Assembly (NCBI GenBank): GCA_013239625.1
Contig: MU053431.1
Span: forward strand, 994,001 to 1,058,000
Source of the DNA: Lama guanicoe
Lineage: Eukaryota
Length of the DNA stretch: 64,000 nt
Reading direction: 5' to 3'
Shown here one piece after another: positions 25,495 through 36,380 of the stretch. The first letter of the stretch is position 1; each line of letters begins with the position of its first letter. Under the pieces are notes generated by a model. It made no database searches. It saw only the letters and a program-made list of their open reading frames with translations, and was not told the DNA's origin. Made by a program: the position numbers and the translations under genes.

Positions 25495-26936
25495 TTTTTA
25501 TCAGCTTTATTAAAGTAAAATTCACATACCACAAAAATTTACCCTTTCGAAGTATGAAATTCAGAGTTTTTAACACATGCACAGAGTTGTGCAGCCATCA
25601 TCATCATCGTCATTTGAGAACCTTCTCACACCCCAAAATAAACCCCATGTGCATTAGCGAGTCGCTCCCCTTTCCGCTCCTCGCCGCCCCCACACTGTAT
25701 GCGTGGACACACGTGTGCATGCACACGCACACACACACACCCCCCCTAGACAGCCAATCGGCAGTGCATTTTCTGTCTCTGTAGATGCCCCTATTCTGGA
25801 TGCTTTGTGTAAATGCAGGCACGGCATCCGTGGTCTTCAGTGACTGGTGGCTTTCAGTTCGCATGCTGTTTCAAGGCTCATGCACACTGGAGCACCTATC
25901 AGTAGTTCGTTCTTTTTTATTGCAGACTAGTATTTCATAGTATCATGTCACAGCAGAATAATGGCCCCACACAAAGTTCACCTCCTAACCCAGGAACCTG
26001 TGAATGTGTCACCTTAAGTGGCAGAGGGGACTCTGTAGATGTGATGCAGTGAAGGACCTTGAGATGGGAGGTGATCCTGGATTATCCAGCAGGCCCAGTG
26101 CCATCACAGGGGTCCTTACATAAGAAGGACACCAGAGGTCAGAATCAGAGGTAGAGGGTGACGGGGATGCAGAGGGCAGGGTGATGTGGCACCAGGAGCC
26201 AGGCAATGCAGGTGACCTCCAGAAGCTGGAAAGGGCAAGGAAACAGTCTCTCTTGAGCCTCCAGGACACAGCTCTGCTGACCCACCTCAGGTTCTGGCCT
26301 AGGGGACACTGATAACTCTGTGTTGTTTGAAGCCACCAAGCGCGTGGAGGCTTAGTACAGCAGAGCTCTGACCCAGTGCGTGTGGATCTGTCATGTGTTG
26401 TTTGTCGGTTCTTCCGCTGGTGGACGTCTGGGTTGCTTCCACCTTTTGGCTGTCATGAATAGTGCTGCTAGGGGCATTTGTGTGCAGTTTTTGTTGGGAC
26501 GTACAGGTTCCAGGCTTTGGCGTGTGTACGAGGAGTGAAGTTCCTGAGTCGTATGGTAACCCCATGTGTAACCTGTCGAAGGACTGCCGAATTATCTCCC
26601 AAAGCAGCCGCGCCGCTGTGCAGCCACCAGCAATGTGTCAGGGCTCTAATTCATCCACATGCTTCACCAACGCTGTTGTCCCTAGTAGGGGCGAGGTGGT
26701 GTCTCCCCATGGCTTTGATTTCCTTTGGCTGCGATGAGTCTGTGAGAATGACGTTGAGCATCCTTCCGTGTGCTCATTGGCCATTTGGGTCTCTTCTTTG
26801 GAGAAATGTCTGTTCAAGTCTCTTGCTCATTTTCAATTGGATTATTCATCTTTTTGTTGTTGAGCTGTAACAGTTCTCTGTACATTCTGGATCCAGCTCC
26901 TTTATCAGACGTGTCATTTTTACATATTTTCTCCCC
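25495..26936 (-). mobile_element. L1MB-like 3' end (two pieces: 25495-25945 and 26376-26936)
   Basis: CAGCTTTATTAAAGTAAAATTCACATACCA...ACAGAGTTGTGCAGCCATCA; the second piece has GCTCATTGGCCATTTG...TCTTCTTTGGAGAAATGTCTGTTCAAGTC. Confidence 0.9.
25946..26375 (+). mobile_element. MLT1D-like MaLR solo LTR nested in L1MB
   Basis: TG..CAGAATAATGGCCCC...GGAACCTGTGAATGTGTCACCTTA...CTTGAGATGGGAGGTGATCCTGGATTATCC...AGAAGCTGGAAAGGGCAAGGAAAC...TGTGTTGTTTGAAGCCAC, with TG...CA ends. Confidence 0.9.
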
Positions 26937-29900
26937 GAGGCTCAGGCCTCTGATCTCTGAATGGTGGGGTAGGGAGGGGTCCCCAGGCCTCTAGGCCACT
27001 CTGGCCTGGACCAGCCCTTCCGCAACCCAGAGCTCGGGGGCGTGAGAAACGCAGGAGACCTGCTTCTCCCAGGGAAGTCCCGCTGCCCTAAATGGGGAGC
27101 TGGAGGGAGGGAGCCCCATCTTCTCGGCCACACCACACGGAGCATACTTGTCCTCACACAGACGGGGGCGGGCGGGGGGGAGCAGTCATGGCTCAGACGC
27201 CCAGACACACGCCGTTCCTCCCGAGATCGACTGCATTGCCCTGGATGAGGGTTTCCCCACTTGCTCTGTGCTCTCAGGACAGTTCCCAGGGATGTTAAAT
27301 GCTTGTTTTTTTAAATAACTTTTACCAGTTTCGTTTGTTTCACTGGGGAAGGAGATGTGCACGTCCTCACGCCTTCATTCCAGAGCTCTATGGGAACATC
27401 ACCTTAATTTTATTATAAAAATTGTCAGACACAGCAGAGCCCCCGAAAGGGTTCCAAGAACAGCTGTGAAATCACGTGCCGTCCAGCGCAGGTCTCCCGG
27501 TCAGAACAGAAGCACCGAGGGCTCGTGTGCTGTTTGCCAATGTCTCTCCAGCACACGGCAGACACTCGGGTTTTACCGAAGGAAGGGATTAATTGTCCGA
27601 TGGCACTTGGAGATGCAGGCTCAGAGGTCAGAAGAGCAGGCTAGGTTCGGGGTGGATGTGTGGACCATCTTCAGGGCTGGGGCGTGCCACCCTGGGGGAG
27701 CCAGGACCCACGGGCACCGAGAGGAGGGCCCGAGCACACAGGTTGCCTGCCCCAAGGTTCCAGCATCCATCTCAAGTGACCGCCCCATCACTGCCCCAGA
27801 AGGAAAGGGTGTTGCCTGTGCACCTGCTCACCGCCAGTAGCGGCAGGAATTCCCAAAACGGCACGTCACCTGTGCAGTGAAGGCACTCAGGGGCCCTCCC
27901 AGCCCTGTACATCTCCTGTGTCATCCACCACGCTGGACGCCGAGGACTGGACACCCCGGAAGGAAGAGTCAGTGTGCTGCTTCAGTAAGGGAGCTAGAGG
28001 CTGGTGCCAGCTTTCAAACACAGCCCGTGTCAGCCGAGCTCTGGGTCCCCAGGCCAACCACACGGACACCCGTGGAGGTCAAGTCGATGTCACCAAACCG
28101 TAGACACCGTCCGTCTTCAAGACAGAGGAATAGAATAAAGTTAACAGCAAATATCTGAAGATGTTACATTCACTTTCTCACTATCCTCCGTGTGGTCATC
28201 TATCCATCCATCCATCCATTCACCTAGTATTTATTGAGTCCCTGCTTTATGGCCGCCCCCACCATTCAGTGACTGTCACTGGGCCCATGCTGCACACGAG
28301 GAAATGGGCTCAAAGAGGTCAGCAACGTGTCCGAGCCCCCCCCCCACGAGATCACCACTAGGAAAGCCAGATGCCATCAGCAGCCTAAAGGCGCTGAGGA
28401 CTTGACCAGCCCTGGCTGCAGCGTCTGGGCACGTCCGCACGTGGCCCCCCCACCAGGTCCTGCACATGGGTAGGACATGATTCTGGGCAGCCTCAGCCCC
28501 TGTCCTGAGTGTCGAGTCTCCTTAAAGCCACCGGAAGTTCCAGAGGCAGTGTCACTCGCACTGAGCATGCACGGTGGGGCCACCTTTGCGGGGCTCCCTG
28601 AGCTGCCTGCATTGACCGGGGAGCCCCTTCCCCACCGAGGGGCCCGAGAAGGGAGGAGGGGGCTTGTGACGACCTGCTGAGTTGTGGGAACCCCGCCGTC
28701 CCTCCTTCACGTCCCGTAGAACAAGCAGCAAGAGCTACTCTGAAGGAGCTAGCCGCTTTTCTTGTAGGAAGATGTTTTTATTGATTCTTTGCTGTGGAAA
28801 AGCATTAGGTGAGGTTCCTCGGCGCCGTGCAGAGTGGAAGATGCGGCGCTCATCTAGATTCCGGAGGTGCCCGCGGCCATCTCAGCTGCGCGGTGCACCG
28901 TGCGCCGCGCAGCGCTGCCACGTGGACTAATTCCATCGGCCGCGTTTCAGGAGCTCGATGGTGGGAAAGAGTGACTTTTCGGGGACAGGGCTCTGCCTCT
29001 AACTTGCGGAGGCGGCCATGGGCTTGGGCGGCGAGAATGTTTCCCATAATGGCTTCCCATAAAACCCTCCCCCATGTAACGTCGGCCCATAAAAATTCAA
29101 TCTCTGTTGGCTCAGGGCAAGGAGAGGCCACTCGCTCCCCAGCAGGATGTGTGAGCGCGTCGGGGAGTGGTCCTCCGGGAAAACATGGGCTCTCTCTCAC
29201 AGCGATAGCCCCGGAGCAAACACATCCGTCAGCACAAGGAGAAGTTTGACCGGGGTGGGTTGGGAAATCTCCAGGGGCCAGAATGGCATTAGGCACTGGG
29301 ATAAAGTAGCTCTGATCTCAGCCTCCTCTAAAATTGTCTTTCCACTCCCCCCGATTACCTCGCGCCACCATAAAGCAAAGGTATCCAAGGTGTACGTACG
29401 GACCGGCGACAGGGGCTCCTCGCAGGCGCCCCCGGCGGCCCCAGGAAGGGCACTCCCTGGAATTCCACCCCGAGGCTGACACACCCCCGCGCGGCGTGCT
29501 GACTGGAGGGGCGCCCTGGCCCCGCGGCCGCACTAGCAGTGGCCGGTCCTGTGGCTCCTGGGCTGCAGCAGGGTCCCCCCACAGGAAGCCCAGTCTACGC
29601 CGACGCCCTAGCGTCCACACAAGGGGGTGGCTGGAGGAGGAGAGGTGGCGGTCGTGCTGACAAAACCAGTAGCTAACGTTTAATTGAAGTCATTTACCCT
29701 TGGACATGAAAACGTTAACTATGTAAACATTTCCTGGGTCAGGGCACCAGCTCTGGTCTGGGTCTGGGGACGAGGTCCCGGGAACTCTCTCATTTAATGA
29801 TGACAGCGGGTCACGTTCCCGACGGGGATGGTGAGTCCCCAGTGGGGCCACCAGGCTCCCCACCCCCCCCACCGCCTCCTGAGCTCCCCCACCCCCAGCT

Positions 29901-32484
29901 GCCTTCCCCCGCCGCCTCCTCCACACTCTCCCACCCTGGACGGCTGCACGTCTGGTTCTGAGGCCTTTGGTGCCCTTGATCCTGCTGGCGGACGTGCGGT
30001 TATGTTGAAATGTGGTTGTCAAAGCATGAAAGACGAATCCGTGACGTAGAAGCACATGCTGTTATTAACGTGTAAGCGACAACATCCAGTCGTGGGCCCG
30101 GCACAGGCTGAAACTTCCCAGTGGTGCCGACCGTCGGCGCCCTTTCGGGCCATCCACGCCGCAGTGCGTGAGGCCCACGCGCATGAAGGAGGGGAATGCT
30201 GAGTGGGGAGGGGAGTGGTCTGCTGGTGTGTGCCCCACATTCACGACCCGAGATGACCCCCTCGCCTTCTGTGCTCCCGAGGCGGCTTCACGCAAGGGCT
30301 GCTCCGAGCTGGGGACCTGCCTCCTGGCACCACTCGATGCGAGGACGCCACTGCCTCTCTCATCCTGTGCCATCAGGAAACCAGCTGCTGGGGTCTCTCC
30401 AGGCCCCGCTCCCACCGCCCACCGTGGCTCACCCACCCTTTCCATGCCTGCCACCAGCCCCTCTTGTCCCTTCCCAGCCAGGCCATGCAGCTCCCCCAGA
30501 ACCTGAGCCTCCACTGTTGCCCCAGGAACCCCTGCTGGTCTCACCACACCCCCCAAAACTCTCCCACCCCAGGACCCCAGGACTGCAGGAGAAGACACTT
30601 CTTTCTTCCGTCCCGAGGCTGCCTCGGGTCTGGAGCTTCAATACCTCCCTCCTGCTGGACCCGACTTTCCTCGGAGTGGAAGAAGGGGACTGAGTACCCA
30701 GGGCGGGAGGGATGACCCCTCGGCCACTGGGCAGCAAGGCGAGAAGGGCTTTTGTGCAGACACCGGTCAGGAGGCCCATGCAGAGTCCATGCACGGCACT
30801 CCGGCCCCTGTAGAATGGGCTGGGATCTGCGCATCTGTGCCTCGGGCAGGTGGCGGCTGCAGCGAGGTCGGGGCTGCAGAGGTCGGAACATCGGGCGTGT
30901 CCCTCAGCTTCCTCCCTCAGCACCGGGGCGATCCCCACTGCAGGGCGGCCAAAATGTCCAGCAGCTCCTGCAGGTTATGGCGGCCAGCGTTCTCCCCGGG
31001 GGGTGGGTCATTGAACGGATTGCCCGCTAACGCCTGTTCTGGGTACTGGCTATTCTTAGGACCCTGTGCCTGTGGTTCCAGAAGCTTCCACCAGACTTTG
31101 GCGATAGAAAGGGTCAGAGAAGCATCTCGGGGCCCAAGAGCACACACTTGGAGCCCGGCTGGGGGCAGGGAGACACTTAGGAGTGCGACCCCCCTTCCAT
31201 CTCAGCACCGTCACTCAGATGCCCTCTTCCTCTTTTTGTTCTAGTCCATCCCTCAGGGACTGTTACTTAGATCAGGCTCCAGCCCAGCAGTATTTGGACC
31301 CGAGGACCCAGCAGGAGGCTGAGACGGTGCTTCCTGGGCTCTGGGCAGTGACCGAGGGGGGCAGGAGCAGGTGGCCGGGCCAGGGCAGCTGTGCTGTGCG
31401 CTAGGGCTGCGGGCTCCCCTGTCCCTGCGGGGGCGCACACATCCACTGACCCGCTCTAGGCCCCGCCCTTCTCTTCAGAGCTGAGAAATCACTGAACGCG
31501 CCAGCACCCTGTACGGTGAGCCCAGCAGGTGCAGGGTAAGGGCTGTGGAGAGGTCTCCCCTCCTCATCCTCCCGAGGAGCTGCCACATACTAAGTGGACA
31601 ACCCGACCTGAGCCCACCCTGACCCAGGCAGGGCAGGTGTGCAGCACGGGGTGGGGGGGCGCCACGCTCAGAAACCCTGTGCGCAGCCCCCCCGGTTCAG
31701 GAACTTGCTGCAAGGGACTGCGGGCCGCGCTTTCCCTCGAAGACGAGAGCCTCCTGTGAGTGCAAGCCGTGAACTGTTGAGAGGCAGAAACGGAGAAGCA
31801 TCTAGAGTCTCCTCTGTGCCCCTCCTTGAACTACCACGGCCATGCGGCTCTTCCTCCCTCCGCCCTCCCCCTTCCCTCCCCGACACCTCCCCTCCCCGCT
31901 GCCGGGTGATGCTGAACCCGCCCTGGTGCTGCACGTGTGACTCAGGAGCCGCCTTTCACCGCCTGCGCGTTGCTCAGGAAACAGGCAGGAAGGCGTCCCC
32001 GCCCCAGGACAGAGGCTCAGCCTCTCCGGAGGGACACCACCGGGCGGAGTTGAAGTGACAGGTGCTCGGTTTTAATGCCTGGGGAAGTGTGAAGGCTTTA
32101 TTATAACTGAGGAGTGCTTTCTATTTGAACAGACTGTCTATCAGGACCGTGTGTCAAAACCCGGCGCTCCCAGAATTTTGCCAGGAATATGGGGAGACGT
32201 AAGGACGCGGCCCAGGCGTGGGGTGCACGGTGCGGGAGCGGCGGGGGCGTGGCCCCAGGCAGCAGTCGCCTGAAACCACAAGGGCTATGTCGCGTCATTT
32301 AATGTTTAGAAGAATGCTGTGGTGGAGGAGTGTGACAGTTTCCGCCGACGTCCCCGGATTCTTCGCCTTCCACATTGAGGGCACGTGGCGCTTCCTGGCG
32401 CAGGGAGGACGCGTCTTCAGACAGCTCAGGGCCGTGTGGTGGGTGGGGTCGCAGGCTTCAGTGCCAGGCAGGGTGCTTCCACGC

Positions 32485-32615
32485 TTGGCCACAGGGCCTT
32501 GGGCTGAGCCTCAGGTTCCCCATTTTAAACCATTCTGAGGGTTAAATAAGACAGCAGGTCACGCAGGAAAAGCCTTAGGTGCTTAAAAAGCCTCAGGGAG
32601 TGTTCGTATATACGT
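32485..32615 (+). mobile_element. MIR 3' fragment
   Basis: CTGAGCCTCAGGTTCCCCATTTTAAA...TGAGGGTTAAATAAGA. Confidence 0.55.
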
Positions 32616-33882
32616 GTGGGAGTGCTCACACATCCACACGTGTGCGCGCGCATGCACATACACGTGCATGTGGGCACACACGCACGCACGCACACTGCAG
32701 AGTATTTTTAAAGTCCAGCCAGAAGCGGCCGCAGTCCTGGCCCGCCGCAGCCCCATAGAGACGGCTGCTCAATGGTCAGCTCCCAACCCGCTGTGCTGGT
32801 GGCACTGCTTTTTTCCCAATTAACTCTTGTGTCCAAAGCCAAGAATACAGTGTTTTAAGCCCCGGAACAAGAATCCTGAGACAGTGACCGCCTCGGAGTG
32901 AGAGGCCGAGAGCTTCTGTGGAGGATGAGCTGCAAACATAATCATTGCGTCCGCCCGCGGCTGGCGCGCTCCTCTCTGCACCTAACGAGCCCTTCTGGAC
33001 GTTGACACTGATCTCCGGTGAGTTACTGACACTGCCATGCAGCTCCGTCTTTGCACCAGGAGCACAGGGCCCACCCCGGGAGCTCTCTGGCAGCTGAAGA
33101 AATGCTTCTCTGGCCTCTGCTCTGGACAAGCCCCTGGGCGGGAGCCTGACCGTGAGCCATGAGCGCCAAGTCTCAAAAAAGAAGCAGCCCGGCGCTCCGT
33201 GGGTGGAGACCGAGGGGCAGTGAGAGGAGCCCTTGTGTTCTTCCTGACGCTCCGCTTCCCACACACACCAGAGCACACGCACACGTGCCCCGATGCACAC
33301 ACGCATAGATTTTTTATTACTGTTTTTTGCACAAGGCATTTGACAAATGGCTGCTCCCCGACCGGCAGCCACGGTAATGGGCTCATTAGGAGTTCCTGCT
33401 GAACGTTGCTGTGGGCATCGCTTCAGGAGAAACAGGACTAAGCAGGGATGCGTGTGTAACTGGGGGAGGCAGATGGGGGAGGAGGGGTCTGGCCCTGAAA
33501 GGACAGGTCTCGTGACCCTTGTGGTCGGGGCTGGGCTCAGGCTTGCTGCATCCTGAGTGAAATTCCAGGGTTTTGTGTGAACACGTGGAAGGCCGGGGCG
33601 TAACTGGTCCCTGTTTTTACGTCTCCATGAAACGCATGTCCACACGTTTGGGAAGACAGCAGCTGTGAGGTTAGGTGATGAGCCTGAGTGACAGTGACTG
33701 GAAGTGATGAGTCCTGCCCACCCCTGGGCGAGGGTCAGTCGTGAGGGGCTGCCCCTGAGGGGAGCCGGTTTTTGATGAAGGAAGGCCTTGGGGAGCAAGG
33801 GTGACGAGGGTCCCTCCATGAAGACAGGACAAACTCTGCTGCCCACTGGATGGTGTGAGCTGTCGTTAATGCCGGGCTCTGT

Positions 33883-34359
33883 CACACACACAGATTCACA
33901 CATGCACACACGTGCACATGCGCACACATACACATGCATACATGCACACATAGTGCACACACATGCACGCATACACATGTACATGCACATATGCACTGCG
34001 CATACACGTGTACACGCAAGCACGTGTGCATGCATACATATGTGCACTGTGTTGCAGTGCGATGCACACATGTACACACATGTGTACATATGCATACACA
34101 TACAAGCACACATTCACATGTACACGCATGCATACGCATGCGTGCAAGTGCACTGTGTACATGCAAGCACACACATGCATATGCATACACATATAAAAAC
34201 GCATGCACACGCTGCATATTCATGTGCACACATGTGTGGACACACATATGCAACGTACAATACACATGCATATGCATGTGCACACGTACACATTCATGTG
34301 TGCACACGTGTGTGTGCACGCATGTACACACACATACGCACACACATGCACATGCACAC
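33883..34359. repeat. Degenerate (CA/TG/TA/CG) alternating purine-pyrimidine tract, ~475 bp
   Basis: Read directly (CACATGCACACACGTGCACATG...); it is the source of the His/Cys/Met/Val-rich pseudo-ORFs. Confidence 0.95.
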
Positions 34360-35089
34360 CTTTCCCTCACCAGCCTCCCTTTCCTCTGTCACCTCTCTCC
34401 CAGGGAACAGTAATCAAGATGCCATTAGGACTTATTACCTGACAGGCTCTGCCCCCAGGTTAGAGGTTTTGCACATAAATAAAGCATCACTGCACCACCT
34501 TGATGCGATCCCTGTACAGAGGGGGATCAGCACGTGACCTGAGTGAAGAGAGATGCCCGGGCGCGCCAGCGCTGCAGAGATACAGCAGGGAGCAGGGCAG
34601 GTGGAGGAGTGGACCTGCCCGCCAGTGTGAGGAGGGGGCCCAGGAGGATGTGCCCGGACATCCTGTGGACCTGGACCCACCGCTGGTAAGGGGAGGGGAG
34701 TCCGGCCATGGTGGTCCCACTGGCCCCGAGGACAGGTGGGCCCATGATGCACCTGTGTGCACTGTTTGCACACAGAGGCCAGAACTGCCGGCGTGCATGG
34801 TGGGCACAGCTGCCCGCCCAGTGCCTGAGGGCCAGACCGAGATGGAAAATGTCAGAGAGCAGCGTGAAGTTTGCCTGCTCTCCGTGGCTCGCAGTCCGTC
34901 CACTTGGTATGTTATCTTCCCCGACCCACCCCGTCTCCGTGGGGAAGGCCTTCCGTGTCCGTTTGGCAGGTGAGGAAACAAGCCCGAAAGACAGACGGAG
35001 CGGACGGACCTAGACCAACAGTGACCGTCACAGCCAGGGCCATGTCTGCCTGTGATGCCTGAGTCCAGCGGTCTGCGAAGGGCCTGGCC

Positions 35090-35260
35090 CGCCCTCATTC
35101 TCTCAACAACCCTAGCATGGATGGGCACTGCTGTAGCCCCATCCTATAGAAGACAGGAGTGAGGCACAGAGAGGCTGCGTAGCTCGCCCAGAGTCACACA
35201 GCGGTGAAAGTCAGGGAGGCAGGATTGGCCCCCAGGCCTACCTGGCTGCAGAGCTTACCT
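35090..35260 (-). mobile_element. MIR SINE
   Basis: CTCAACAACCCTA...CCCCATCCTATAGA...GAGGCACAGAGAGG...CGCCCAGAGTCACACAGC...CAGGATTGGCCCCCAGGC. Confidence 0.75.
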
Positions 35261-36380
35261 CTTCGTGGCAAAGTCTGACATGCTCTCCGTAGCCAAAGAG
35301 GAATTCACAAGTGTCCACGCCTCACGTGCACTTTTCTCTTTTCATTCTTCTGTGTCTTTTAATGCTGATTACTGACAGCGAGACCTGAATGCATCAGGAA
35401 ATCAGTGGATTCACTGTTTCCTGGTGCATCATCCACTCCTGGCCTCCCTCCGCTCACATCGCACATGAATTTGCTGGTGTCCAGTGTTATTTCTGGAAGG
35501 GAAATGAATTTTCAGCCTGACCAAGTTAAGTGACTCCAGTGACCTTATGTGGAGAGGCCGATGAGGAAGGGGACAATGCTGAGATGCCACCACCTCTGAC
35601 TCAACCTCGGGGGCCCTGCCGTTACACCTTGTCAGGAGGAGGGGGTGGTGTGCAGTGTCCAGAAGTCATTTTTCTAACTGACTCTTGGGAAACTGGGCCA
35701 AAGGTCTGACAAGCAGCTTGTGGCAGAACAGAGAAGGGACAGAGCCGCGGGGCTGGCCATGGCCGGTGGCCGTAATTTGTCCATTTCCTGGTCTGTTAAC
35801 CTTTACAATCTTGTTTTAACACCATCGCTGTTTTAATCTGCCTTCGCCACGCGGACCTGAAACACGGATGCTGAGCTGAATACACAAACATGATGGAAAG
35901 CAAACGCCCCTCAGCGAGGGCCAAATGAGTGTGCACACACGCCCCCCTCCCCAGCAGGCACTGACCGAGACATTTTCCTTTTTAATATGTGTTTGCTTTT
36001 TTCTTTCATAAAAGCGCTAAGTAACATCATGACCTTCTGGAGTGCAAAAAGATTTTTAAAAATCCAAAAAGCTTTTTGATTCCATTTAAGAAGAAAAAGT
36101 CTTATTCTGAAAACCCATTTGATGCCCCACACTCATTATTTATGGGTTTCTCCCGAATTATTTTTCGTGTAGTCTTTTTAAAAATGGGCATAAAACATAA
36201 CGAACCTGGTAGCGCAAAAAAGGAAGTTACACACTGAGTGGTTGGCAGCCGTGAAACCGGCACTGATGTAATAAGATGAGGCTAAAAACATTTGACTTTT
36301 TAAAGGAGTTTTCTGGCACGTGGACTCATGAAAGCGTCTGTGAGAGTCAGGGGTGGAAAAGGGCCAGCATCACGGATCCT

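Noticed and set aside
32776..34537. 445-aa and 249-aa ORFs rich in Cys/His/Met/Val
   Set aside because: They are translations of the CA/TG tract plus GC-rich flank, not zinc-finger or metallothionein proteins
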